Assembly: GCF_044704955.1 (NCBI RefSeq)
Contig: NC_091991.1
Coordinates: 21,266,001-21,330,000 of the forward strand
Length of the DNA stretch: 64,000 nt
Direction: 5' to 3'
Origin: Pristiophorus japonicus
Taxonomy: Eukaryota
Of this stretch, positions 1-12,859 are shown piece after piece. Positions within the stretch are counted from its first letter, which is position 1; each line of letters starts with the position of its first letter. The notes under the pieces were generated by a model that worked only from the letters and a program-made list of their open reading frames with translations, was not told the origin of the DNA and searched no databases. A program made the position numbers and the translations under genes.

Positions 1-1773
1 AGTATCAAATGTTGTCTGATAACACTCCTATGATGTTGGGACGTTTTAAAACGTGAAAAGCACCATATAAATGCAGATTGTTGTTGTTGATTGTACTCTA
101 GCTCATGAAAAGAGTTATGCACATGCAGCCTGGAGGTGGCTTCAAACTTCTTGGCTTCAGAGTGCTTGGTAAGAAGGTTGTTAATATGACTTTAGACTAC
201 AGGCAATGCATATTCAAAACTCTTTTGCATCCATGTGAAAGTGGTATAACAGCAATTAAATTACCTTCAATTTCTCTAAGCACAAGAAAATATAAATTGG
301 AAACCATTAGCTTAGGTGCACTAAAAGTGCGACAAATTTCTAATCAATTAATTAATGCGATTAAGTCAACCGGTAAGAGCAGGAATTTATGTATATTTAT
401 TTCTTCTGCACAACTCTATTAAAACATATCAATTTAAAAAGAGTTTTAATCTTAAACTGCACAACTGACAAAGGCATTGGCCAAAGTACAAGTCATTACC
501 AACAGAAAACAGGAAGTTTTATTTTTAGTATCAAATGTAAATGATCGAGTAAACAGATTGCGAGAACAGGTTGCATCTTCCAATTTAAATTATAGCGAAG
601 ATAACAGCAACATTCAAAGCAAGTGCCTAAAATAAAGATTTATGCTACAGATTCAAAAATACAAGAAATTATTTACCAATTTCTGCCTGCCACTTTTGTA
701 TGTACTAGCTGTCTTTCTAGACTGTAATAGTTCTGAAACAATCATTTGCAGAATCAAATTTGTTGCGTAATAATGTTTTGAACAGATGTTGAGATATTTA
801 TTTAAAATAACCAGTACCCTGTATTCCAGAAAATACAAGCATGTGTTTATTTGGACAACTCAGTATTATTTTCACTTTCATCCTTGAATATTACTCAAAG
901 ATTTTAAGTCATTTCAAATTACAACTGTAATGCATACTCCATAGAACATGAGCAGTTAAAGAAAAGCTAGATGATTACAAAATCCCATGACCAAAACCCA
1001 ACTGTCATGTGAAATATACTTAATCTCATTACCAAAAATGATGCAAGGAAGGACGCGTAACTTCTTCAGAGATTAGTGCCATGATAACACGTTCCAAGAT
1101 CAAACTTTCTCACCCACCCCCCAAAAAAAGCAATAGATGTGGAAGTCTCGGTTTGAATGATTCATTGATGCTGAATTGTAACACATCTTTGAAAGCGGTC
1201 TTGTACGCACGATCCATACATTCAAATACAATAAAAGGCATCATTTGTATATTAGTTGGGATATTTTGAGATTGAGAGAACAGCTCTGAAACAAAACGTG
1301 GCATCCCTCAATGACCAAATTTAATACAATTATAACCTGTGCCTCAAATTCTAGTGCGAGAACAGATCATTTGACATGGGTGTGCTTGTTGAAAAGAACT
1401 ATAAAAAGGACCCCTTTCTTAGAAAGGGGCACGAAATATTGCTCTTCCCACCCCTTCCCTCCTCCAAGTCAGTGGTTATTATACTTTGAACCACTGTTCT
1501 CTCACAAAAGGTATTCTGATGAAGGAAAGACAAATATTTGTACGTCTTTAATGGAACACGGGCGGGCACACAACGAGCGTACAATTAGTCAGCATTGAAA
1601 TATATCCGTCTGTGTGTATCGAGATGAAATTAAAGCTCATTGTCACAGGTCGACACTTGGCAGTAGGCCTTCCCTCGTCAGAAAGATTCAGTTCCTCTTT
1701 ATCGAGGCAACGATCCAAACCAAGAGGGAGGGGAAATGGAAACTTAAGTCGGAGAAAAGGCTAGATGACGAAC

Positions 1774-1908
1774 CTGAAGCGTGGTGATGTGCTTGTCGTT
1801 GAATTTGTTCTCACAGTATCTCAGCACCAGCGATGTCTTTCCCACGCAGCCTTCCCCTAGCAGGACAACTTTAAACGAGTAGGTTTTACCGCCTCCGACG
1901 CTCGCCAT
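1774..1908 (-). CDS. RAB21: RAB21 small GTPase, coding exon 1 (remaining exons lie left of the window)
   Basis: Manual translation from ATG 1908 gives MASVGGGKTYSFKVVLLGEGCVGKTSLVLRYCENKFNDKHITTLQ, then a phase-0 GT donor (CAG|GTTCGT) at 1773. The P-loop GEGCVGKT and flanks match Rab21 as I recall it. Confidence 0.97.
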
Positions 1909-2165
1909 GGTCGTCAGTTGTCACCGAGAAATTCAGCCCCAGCAAATCTCAGACAGAATCACATGAGCGCGGGGGGGGAGGGGAGGGGGAATGTGAGCAG
2001 CCACCGGCTCCAGAGTCCGCCAGTAACAGTAAACAAGCTGCCCGCTTGTCTAATGGCGTCTCCTTCCTCCTGCGTCACCCCTCCAGGGAACATGGGATGA
2101 TTGACAGGCCGGGGAGGGGAGGGGCGGTGGGCAGGCGGACGCTGCAAGCCACCGGAAGTGCACAA
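1909..2165 (-). promoter_or_regulatory. RAB21 5'UTR and GC-rich promoter
   Basis: CpG-rich stretch immediately upstream of the ATG, with GC box GGGGCGG (2121-2127), ETS/GABP site ACCGGAAGTG (2151-2160) and CRE-like TGCGTCA (2071-2077). Confidence 0.75.
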
Positions 2166-2409
2166 ACAAGGAAACATGCAATTGCAGTGTACATTGCCAC
2201 TAAGATATCCCACCAAGAATGCAATTATGTTTAAGCACTGAGCATAACAAAGATTTCACATGTGAGCTTTCATTTTCAATCCAAAAAGATAATTCCCTCA
2301 ATTTGATAAAAGACTTGGATTTATATGGCGCCTTTCACGACTACCAGACGTCTCAAAGAGCTTTACAGCCAATGAAGTACCTTTTGGAGTGTAGTCATTC
2401 TTGTAATGA

Positions 2410-2880
2410 CACCCAACAAAACTCCGCTGGCCGTGTCCTAACTCGCACCAAGTCCCGTTCACTCATCACCCTTGTGTTCGTCGACCTACATCGGCTCCTC
2501 GTGAAGCAAAGCCTTTGATTTTAAAATTCCCATCCTTGTTTTCAAATCCCTCCACGGCCTCGCTCCTCCCGATCTCTCTAATCTCTTCCAGCCCTTCAAC
2601 TGTCCAAGATCACTGCTCTCCTTCGATTCTGGCCGCTGGCGCATCCCTGATTGTAATTGCTCCACCATTGACGGTCACATCTTCAGCTGCCTCTAAACCT
2701 CTCCACCTCTCTCCTCCTTTAAGACGCTCATTAAAACCTACCTCTTTGACTTAAGCTTTTGATCATCTGTCCTAATATCTCCTTGTATGACTCAGTGTCA
2801 AATTTTGTTTGCTAACGCTCCTGGGAAGTGCCTTGAGATGTTTTATTACATTAAAGATGCTAAATAAATGCAAGTTGATG
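2410..2880 (+). mobile_element. L2-clade LINE 3' fragment, preceded by an inverted SINE tail at about 2312-2405
   Basis: Degenerate ...RVLTRTKSRSLITLVFVDLHRL resembles the L2 ORF2 C-terminus (HITPVLxDLHWL). The tail ending TAAATGCAAGTTG recurs at about 44330-44825 and 54495-55040. Confidence 0.7.
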
Positions 2881-3458
2881 ATGTTACTGGTTCAGGATGA
2901 TTGAACTAATTTTTTCAAACCCAGGATTCCAGGGTATTTAAGCAACGCTGTCTGCATTTCCATTCATTATGTTGACCAAATAAGTCAAATTCCATTTTTA
3001 TGACACAGAGTTCCTAGATTTTTGTCAAGGTTTTGCTGAGCAAATTCTTTCCATTTTTTGTGAAAACGTTAAAAAAAACTCCCCTTGTGCTTATAAGGTG
3101 TTTTTTTTTTACAAATGGCATATATGTTCACTTCTAAAAATAAAAATTATCCTCCTTTAGTGCATGAATTCAGAACTTTACACGCAGGGTTTTTGGGACC
3201 CTCCTGAAACTGCTCACACTGCAAAATTGTTTTGAAATTAAGTACAAGAATCCTATTTAATCCCATTCATCTCATCTGAAAATTAGGTCTCTATATACAT
3301 TGAATAATTTTATAACAGCCTGAATTATTGTCCCCCTCAGTATATATTCATGATTTCACCCCTCTCCCACCGTAGAATTTTGGTGTGCAGAGGCCCAGCA
3401 GGATACAGCTTACTGCTTGGGGGTGGGGGTACAAAGGTAGCAAGGGGTGAAGTTACTT

Positions 3459-3745
3459 AAGAACATAAGAAATAGGAAAAGGAGTAGGCCATGTGAGCCT
3501 GCTCCGCCATTCAATAAGATCATGGCTCATCTTTTACCTCAATTTCACGTTCCCGCTCTATCCTAATATTCCTTGATTCCCTTAGTATTCCCAAATCTAT
3601 CAATCTCAGTCTTGAATATAATCAATGACTGAGCAACATGGGTTAGAGAATTGCTAAGTTTGACAACCCTTTGAGTGAAGAAAATTCTCCTCATCTCAAT
3701 TCTAAATGGCCGACCTTTAGTCTGAGACTATGACCCCCTAGCTCT
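3459..3745 (-). mobile_element. CR1 LINE 3' end fragment
   Basis: AAGAACATAAGAAATAGG tail and 3'UTR similar to the other CR1 copies in the window. Confidence 0.7.
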
Positions 3746-3818
3746 ACAACTGTCAGAGTTAAGTATATAGAAATTTGAACACAAAAGGAGGCTATTCCCA
3801 TGATGGTGCCATTCCTAC

Positions 3819-6800
3819 TATTGTGTTCCTAACACAGATGAGACTGCACACAGGGAAGTTAAAGTAACAGTGACCTCAGTCTTTATTAAGACACTCCAGA
3901 GTGAGGAACAGGCCTTAGGGGCCGGCTTATATACAGTACTCCCAAAGGATGCTGGGATCCCTTGGGACTCCCTGGTGGCAGAACATGGAAGTGCATGTTC
4001 TACAGATACACGACATCACACCCCCCACAAAGTCAAAGTGAAAACTATTTACAAGGTGAGGCGGTCAGGAGCCTTTCTTTCCCTGGTGGACCGCCTCAGT
4101 ACAAATGTCTGTTCTGGGCTGGCATGTTGTTGGCCCTGCAGGGCTGCTGGGTGAACCTGGCCTTGCTGGGCTGTTGGGCGTGGTGGGTTCGATTTCCTGG
4201 TCCGGAGTGGTGTCGTTGATCCTTTGGGTGTGTCTTGTGGGCTCGAAAAAGGTAGTGTCTGCTGTGGGTTGTTCAGGGCAGTCTGTGAACCGCAGCCTCG
4301 TTTGGTCCAGGTGCTTTCTGCAAATTTGTCCATTGTCCAGTTTGACTACAAACACCCTACTCCCTTCTTTAGCTATCACCGTGCCCGCGATCCACTTGGG
4401 ACCATATCCATAGTTTAACACATACACAGGGTCATTCAGATCAATTTTCCGTGACACAGTGGCGCGACCATCGTTTACATTTTGTTGCTGCCATCTGCTC
4501 TCTACCTGATCATGCAGGTTGGGGTGTGTCATGTTTGTAACTACAATGTAACACCACTGTATTACTGTATACACTCAACTTAGATGCACACCTTGACCAC
4601 AGGGGGTGAACTTGTGGGAGACACTCCTTACCTGATCACACAGGTATATAAAGGGAGGTCTCACGCAGGGTCATCACTTCTGGAGTCCTGTAATAAAAAG
4701 TTAAGGTCACAGAGTGGCCTTGTCCCTGGAATGTGCCTCGTGTGGTTTCATGCTGTAGAGTAAGGACTTTACATTGGTGACGAGAAACGGGAATTCACGA
4801 CCCACGAGAATGGCCACCAGTAGCACAGAGGAACAGTACTTTGTTGGGGAAGACTGGGACGATTTTGTCGAGAGGCTTCAGCAAAGCTTCGTTACTAAAG
4901 ACTGGCTGGGGGATGCAGCAGCCGACAAGCAACGGGCTCATCTCCTGACCAGCTGCGGCCCAAAGACTTATGCGCTCATGAAGTACTTACTGGCACCCGA
5001 AAAGCCGTCGGACAAAGCCTTTGAAGAGCTTAGCAAATGAATCGGGGAGCACCTCAAACCGGCGAGCAGCATACACATGGCTCGACACAGATTCTACACC
5101 CACCGACGTCGTGAAGGACAGAGCATACCGGACTTTGTAACGGACCTCCGGCGCTTGGCCAGTCTCTGTAAGTTCGCAAACGCCTGCAGGGGGGAGATGC
5201 TAAGGGATTTCTTTATCGAGGGTATCAGTCATGCGGGAATTTTTCGCAAGTTAATTGAGACCAAGGATTTGACGTTGTTAGCTCAAACTTTCATGGCGGG
5301 GGAGGAAGAGACGAAAATGATTAACGCGCGCAATTCTGCCTCTAACGCGGCGATGGATCAGGGAATCAACATCATCAATGCTACTCAGAGCCCCGCAGGC
5401 TGGCAGGGGCAGTCCGACATTTACCAGGCAGCAATAGACTCCAGAGCAGGACCTCAACAGAGACAATGGCAGGCTGAACGGACATTCATGCCATCACAGT
5501 GGACAATGCGGCCCGGGATGAGGCCATTGACACCCACTAATAGGGTACTTAAGAGCAGTCAAAGGGACAGTCAGCGCGGAATTCCTAGCCATAGTCCCTT
5601 TGTCCCCAACAATGGAAACTTCAACTCATGCTGGAAGTGTGGGGGAAAACACCTAGCCAGATCTTGCAGATTCCAACAGTTTGTCTGCAGAAACTGCAAT
5701 CTCAGTTGCCATTTAGCTCGAATGTGCAGAAAACCTGCAACCAGACTAATATATGAGGCAAATGGACCAGAAGAGGGCTCAGTGAGGCAGGATGACTTTT
5801 GGGGCAAATCGATGGACGCCAAGTTTCAGCGGGTCCATGCGGCGAATATTCACAGTTCATACACCAAAACGCCACCAATGATGATGAGGGTTTTGTTGAA
5901 CAGTATCCCAGTACGCATGGAGCTGGACACTGGGGTCAGCCAGTCACTCAAGGGCATTCAGCAATTTGAGAAGCTATGGCCTCTCAAAGCCAGTTGACCC
6001 AAATTAGCACGTATTGAGACACAATTACGAACTTACACCAAAGAAATCATTCCGGTACTAGGCAGTGCAATGATGGCTGTCACACACAATGGGTTAATGA
6101 ACCGGCTGCCACTCTGGATTGTCCCGGGCAATGGTCCCGCACTGTTGGGGAGGAGCTGGTTAGCCGAGATGAACTGGAAATGGGGGGATGTTCACGCAAT
6201 GTCCTCGGTGGAGCGAACTTCGTGCTCACAAGTCCTACAACAATTCGAGTCACTATTCCAACCGGGCGTCGGGACTTTCAAAGGCACCAAAGTAGTGATA
6301 CACATCACCCCGGATACCAGGCCAGTGCACTACAAAGCCAGAGCGGTGCCGTATGTGATGCGGGAAAAAAGTTGAGAGTGAATTGGACCGGCTGTTGCGA
6401 GAGGGCATCATCTCGCCAGCTGGGCGAGCCCTATCGTTCCCGTTCTAAAAGCAGATGGCTCTGTCAGGATCTGTGGCAACAACAAGGCCACCATCAATCG
6501 GGTGGTCCCTACAAGACTAATACCCGCTCCCAAGAGCGGAGGACCTCTTCGCCACGCTGGCAGGCGGCAAGCTGTTCACCAAGTTGGACCTCACTTCAGC
6601 CTATATGACCCAGGAACTGGCCAATGAATCCAAACTACTGACCACCATCACCACGCACAAGGGACTGTTTGCGTATAACAGGTGTCCGTTTGGCATTCGA
6701 TCAGCAGTCGCGATTTTTCAACGTAACATGGAAAGCCTGCTTAAATCCATTCCGGGAACGATCGTATTCCAGGACGACATCCTCATCACGGGTCGAGACA

Positions 6801-9800
6801 CCGAGGAACACCTCCACAACCTGGAGGAGGTGCTACGCCGATTGGACCGGGTAGGCCTGCGACTCAAGAAGTCCAAATGTATGTTCTTTGCTCCTCAGGT
6901 TGAGTTTCTGGGCAGGAGGGTTGCTGCAGATGGGATTCGGCCCACCGAATCCAAAACAGAGGCGATTTGACGAGCACCCAGGCCCTGCAACACATCGGAG
7001 CTGCGTTCATTCCTGGGACTGTTGAACTATTTCGGGAACTTTCTGCCGAACTTGATCATGTTGTTGGAGCCGCTACATGTGCTCCTGCGTAAGGGTTGCG
7101 ATTGGTTTTGGGGATCTGTCAGGAACGGGCTTTTGATCGGGCGCGAAACCTACTTTGTTCAAACAAGTTGTTGACCCTGTATGACCCCTGTAAATGTTTA
7201 GTTCTATGGGGTTGGGTGCATGTTGCAGCAGGGTAATGCTGAGGGTCAGCTACAACCTGCGGCTTATGCCTCCAGGTCGCCCTCTCAAGCAGAATGGGGA
7301 TATGGGATGGTTGAGAAGGAAGCACTCGCATGTGTCTATGGTGTAAAAAAAATGCATCAGTACCTCTTTGGTAGGAAGTTTGAATTAGAGACGGACCACA
7401 AGCCACTCACATCCCTGTTGTCAGACAGCAAGGCTGTCAATGCCAACGCATCAGCTCGCATACAGCAGTGGGCTCTCACCCTAGCTGCTTATGACGACTC
7501 CATCCGGCATCGGCCCGGCACTGAAAACTGCGCTGACGCGCTCAGCAGGCTCCCACTGGCCACCACCGAAGGAACAGCTGAGCAAAGCGCTGAGATGGTC
7601 ATGGCTGTTGATGCCTTTGACAGTGCAGGCTCCCCCATCACAGCCATAAGCAAAGTATGCTCAGGATTCAAGGACCCTCCCTATAATGCCGCCTATCGCG
7701 TCTCCTGCTGGCCTATAGATCCCGACCGCACTTGCTCACGGGGGTCCCACCCGCAGAGCTACTAATGAAATGGACAGTCAAAACTCAGTTGTCCCTCATT
7801 CACCCAGTCCTGACCGACATAGTTGAGGGCAAGCGCAAGTCACAAAACTAGTACCATGACCGTAATTCGAGAGGGAGATGTATAGAAATAAATGATCCTG
7901 TATTCGTCCTCAATCACGCCATGGGGCCCAAATGGCTTGAGGGTACTGTAATTGGCAAAGAGGGGAATAGGGTCATCGTGGTAAAACTCAACATGGCCAG
8001 ATATGCCGTAAGCATCTGGACCAAGTAAAAAAAAAGGTTCAGCATTGACATGGAGGAACCTGAAGAAGAGCAGGAGATGGAGCTCACACTACCGCCAGTG
8101 AAAGTGCAACAAGAGCAATCAGAAGAATGCACAGTCCCTGAGGTCAGCCCGGACAGGTCGGAATCACCACAGGTGACAGACACTCACGTCAGTGTCCAAC
8201 AACCAGAGCCCCAACTGCGGGGCTCCACGAGGGAGCATAGACCACCTGAAAGACTAAACCTATGATCCCAGCAAGACTTTGGGGGGAGAAAGGTGATGTC
8301 ATGTTTGTAACTACAATGTAACACCACTGTATTACTGTATACACTCAACCTAGATGCACACCTTGACCACAGCGGGTGAACTTGTGGGAGACACTCCTTA
8401 CCTGATCACACAGGTATATAAAGGGAGGTCCCACGCAGGGTCATCACTTCTGGAGTCCTGTAATAAAGAGTTAAGGTCACAGCGTGGTCTTGTCCCTGGA
8501 ATGTGCCTCGTGTGGTTTCACGCTGTAGAGTAAGGACTTTACAGGGTGGACCAGCGAGAGACTGGTTTTAAGTGTCGTTTTCATGAGTAGCTCAGCTGGG
8601 GGCACTCTTGTGAGCGAGTGGGATCTCGTGCGGTAGCTGAGCAGTACCCGGGACAGGTGGGTTTGGAGTGAGTCTTCTGTGACTCGTTTAAGGCTCTGTT
8701 TGATTGTTTGTACTGCCCGCTCTGCCTGCCCATTGGAGGCTGGTTTAAACGGGGCCGAGGTGACATGTTTGATCCCATTGCGGGTCATGAATTCTTTAAA
8801 TTCGGCACTGGTGAAACATGGCCGTGGGTGGCAAACATGGCCCTCGGGCTTTCAATGGTGGCGGTGGCGGTGCTTCCCGACATTATTTCACATTCAATCA
8901 ATTTTGAAAAAGCATCCAACACCACCAGGAACATTTTCCCGAGAAACGGGCCCGCATAGTCGACATGGATCCTTGACCATGGTCTGGAGGGCCAGGACCA
9001 CAAACTTAGTGGTGCCTCTCAACTGAGCACACACGCTGCATTGCCGTACACAGGACTCTAAGTCAGAGTCGATACCGGGCCACCACACATGGGATCTGGC
9101 TATTGCTTTCATCATTACTATACCCGGGTGTGTGCTGTGGAGATCCGAGATGAACGTCTCCCTGCCCTTTTTGGGTAGCACTACGTGGTTACCCCACAAC
9201 AGGCAGTCTGCCTGATTGGACAGCTTGTCCTTTCGCCATTGAAACTGCTTGATTAGCTCTTGTATTTCAACGGGGATGCTGGCCCAGCTCCCATGCAATA
9301 TACAGTTTTTTACTAGGGACAGCAGAGGATCTTGACTGGTCCAAGTCCTAATCTGGCGGGCCGTGACAGATGATTTATCATTTTCATGACCATCAACAAG
9401 TCTGCGGGCTGCGCCACCATCAACAAGTTTGCAGGCTGCGCCATTTCCACCCCCGTGGTGGGCAATGGTAGCCGACTGAGAGCATCCGCACAGTTCTCGG
9501 TGTCTGGCCTGTGGCGGATGGTATAGTTATACGCTGATAGCGCGAGTGCCCATCTTTGTATGCGGGCTGAGACATTAGTATTTATCCCCTTGATTTCAGC
9601 AAACAGGGAAATGAAGGGTTTGTGATCGGTTTACAGCTCAAATTTGAGGCCAATCAAGTACTGATGCATTTTCTTTACCCCAAACACACACACTAATGCC
9701 TCTTTCTCAATCATGCTGTAGGCTCTCCCGGCCTTAGACAAGCTCCTGGAGGCATAGGCGACAGGTTGCAACTTTCCCGCAACGTTAGCTTGTTGTAATA

Positions 9801-11904
9801 CACACCCAACTCCGTACAACGAGGCTTCACATGCTAGCACAAGTCTTTTACACGGAGCATAAAATATTTCTAGCTTTCTCAAAATCAATTACTTGTTTTT
9901 TTTCCCCATACCCAGTTCTCACCTTTACGCAATAACACATGTAGGGGCTCTAAGAGGGTGCTTAACCCCGGTAGAAAGTTACCAAAATAGTTGAGGAATC
10001 CCAGGAACGACCGCAGCTTCGTGACGTTGTGGCCTGGGCGTGTTCCTGATAGCCTGTCTTGTCGTCTGTGGGCCGAATGCTGTCCGCCACGATATTTCTC
10101 CCCAAAAACTCCACTTCTGTTGCCATGAAGACTCATTTCGACCTCTTCAGCCGCAGCCCTACGCGATCCAGTCGCTGGAGGACCTCCTCCAGGTTTTGTA
10201 GGAGCGCGACGGTGTCCCGACCCGTGACCAATATGTCGTCCTGAAAAACCACCGTGCATGATACCGACTTGAGTAGGCTCTCCATGTTTCTCTGGAACAT
10301 CGCTGCAGCCGACCGAATTCCAAACAGGAATCTGTTTAGATGAACAGTCCCTTGTGCGTGTTGATGCAGGTAAGGCCCTTCAAAGACTCCTCCAGCTCCT
10401 GCATCATGTAGGCCGAAGTCAGGTCGAGCTTGGTGAACGTCTTGCCTCCTGCCAGCGTCGCAAATAGATCGTCTGCCTTAGGTAGCGGATATTGGTCCTG
10501 TAGCGAGAAACGATTAATAGTTACTTTATAATCGCCGCAAATCCTGACCGTGCCATCACTTGTGAGTACTGGAACAATCGGGCTGGCCCACTCGCTGAAT
10601 TCCCCTGGGGAGATGATGCCCTCGCATTGCAGCCTGTCCAGCTCGATTTCCACTCTCTCCCTCATCATATGAGGTACTGCTTGCGTCTTGTGATGAATGG
10701 GTCGTGCCTCTGGGACCAAATGGATCCGCACCTTTGCCCCGAAAAAGCTTCCAGTGCCTGGCTCAAAGAGGGAAGGAAATTTGTTAAGACCTTGGGTACA
10801 TGAGGCCTCATCGACATGTGATAGCGCTCGGATGTCATCCAAGTTCAAGCGGATTTTGCCCAGCCAGCTCCTTCCAAGTAGTGTGGGGCCATCGCCCGCG
10901 ACAATCCAGAGTGGCAGTTCGTGCACCATGCCCTTGTAGGTGAACTTGACCATGGCGCTGCCCAGGACAGTGATAAGCTCTTTGGTGTATGTTCTCAGTT
11001 TCGTGTGGATGGGGCTCAGGGCTGGTCTGAGTGCCTTGTTGCACCACAGTCTCTCAAACATCTTTTTACTCATGATGGATTGGCGAGCGCCAGTGTCCAG
11101 TTCCATGGGTAAGCCATTCAATTTTACATTTAGCATTATAGGTGGACATTTCGTCGAAAATGTGTGCACCTCGTGTACTTCAGCATCTGCCTCCTCTCTC
11201 GAAATTGCTTTGATCCACCATGGACCGACCTTCCTCTGCCATGTGGTGGTGAGCAGCTTTTGCAGAGCTTGCATCTCATCTGCAAGCTCATTGGCGGTGC
11301 CCCATTGTTCCACAGCTCTTGCAAACATACCCTTTGAAGCGGCATGAATAGGCTGAATGGAAGCCTCCTCAACGCCAACAAGGTGTGAATTGCCTTGCAT
11401 CAGCACGCTCTCCCTCGGGTTCAGTGTACACAGCTCCTCATACGACTTATCTGTGGGTTTCACCAGAGCCAGAAGATTCTTCATGAGGCTGTCGGTCAGT
11501 GCCCTGCAGACCGTGAGGAGGACCGCTCTCCTTTTTGCAGCGCTTCCTTCTCCGTCCAGCTCGTTGGCTACAAAATACTGGTCTAGCCGTTCGACATAAG
11601 CTTACCAGTCCTCAACCTCCGAGAACTTCTCCAGGCTGCCCACAGTTTGCTAGTTTGCTGCATCTTTGTGTTGGATTCGTATACTCGTCGTCAGTTATTG
11701 TGTTCCTAACACAGATGAGACTACACAGGGAGGTTAAAGTAACAGTGACCTCAGTCTTTATTAAGACACTCCAGAGTGAGGAACAGGCCTTCGGGGCCAG
11801 CTTATATACAGTACTCCCAAAGGATGCTGGGATCCCTTGGGACTTCAGGGGATGCGCTCCCTGGTGACAGAACATGGGAGTGCATGCTCTACAGATACAC
11901 AACA
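3819..11904 (-). mobile_element. Ty3/Gypsy LTR retrotransposon A (degenerate), interrupted by element B
   Basis: LTRs 3819-4015 and 11696-11904; TSD CCTAC (3814-3818, 11905-11909); decayed PBS next to the right LTR and polypurine tract next to the left. ORF pieces give gag, protease (ELDTGA), RT (FQDD), RNase H and integrase (HPG..CxxC, RIHVDYAGP), with stops and frameshifts. Confidence 0.95.
4527..8543 (+). mobile_element. Ty3/Gypsy LTR retrotransposon B nested in the integrase region of A; own integrase core deleted
   Basis: 247-bp TG..CA LTRs 4527-4773 and 8297-8543 (7 mismatches by eye); TSD GGGTG (4522-4526, 8544-8548); PBS TGGTGACGAG; PPT 8281-8296. Encodes gag with CCHC knuckles, ELDTG protease, FQDD RT and RNase H, with a junction near 7645 that skips most of integrase. 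Confidence 0.96.
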
Positions 11905-12859
11905 CCTACCTTTCTATTGGAGCTATCTACTCTAGTCCCATTTTCCTGCTGTACTCTACTATTTTTCTTTGGCGTTTAATATCTTCTTAAACATGGTGAT
12001 TGAATCGGCTTTAAATGAATATATTGTATTTATCTGTGCAAAATTTCATAATGTGAACAGAATTAGATCTCCTCTCAACTTTCTCTGCTCCAATGAATAT
12101 AGCCCTAGATTTTTTCCCTTATCGTATCTATACCCTCTCATCCAGTGATGTTTTTGTGAATGCATTCATTTTTGACACTTATTTTTATGTATCTTATATA
12201 ATAGGATGAATGAAGAACTGTCATGCTCGTTGTAACTCAGATAGATATCCAGTTCCCCATTTGAATTACAAAACATTCAATGTAAAAATTTTTTGATCTG
12301 TGTAATGGAAGAGGGACGATATTCATATGGGACGCGTTAGTTAGACACACAATAAAGGTGTTAAGGGTGCAGTTATACTATCACATTTTCGAATACAAAG
12401 CAATTTTGGGTGCACATCAACACAGATTTGCCAGTATACCAGTCAGATCTAGATCAGGGTTCTGGAATACATTAAAATGCAGTGCAAGGCTTCCACAAGA
12501 AAGTAATTGCATTGCTTGCTTTATCATTGTGTGGAGTATAACTGCACGATACTGTGAATCTCAACCATCTCAACCTGAAAAGTATTGAGGACTACTTTCA
12601 CACTCACAGATTTAGTGCATTGATGCAAATGTTCTGAGAAGGCACATTCAAATCAAAACCAGCTAGGGAACAGAATTACATATATGCAAACAAAGTTGAA
12701 GCACTCTTTGCTGTCAGAGATCATGCATTTCATATCTCCCAGTACAATTTTGAAGTTAATGGCTACCCTTTGCACTGTGCAGTTACTAGTGCAAAGTAAC
12801 TGCAGCCTTAGAGAAGGCAAGGAAATAATAGTCTGTGCACAAAACAGGTGGTGCCAAAT

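Noticed and set aside
105-422. 105-aa plus-strand ORF and other short ORFs in 1-1600
   Set aside because: Antisense to a RAB21 intron, no recognisable motifs; chance ORFs.
265-1290. Exon-like segments on minus (about 265-275, 677-732, 1110-1285) with plausible AG/GT sites
   Set aside because: They lie in RAB21 intron 1 and none encodes the expected exon-2 peptide (ASFLTKKLNIGGKRVNLAIW); frames are short or stopped, so they are treated as pseudo-exons.
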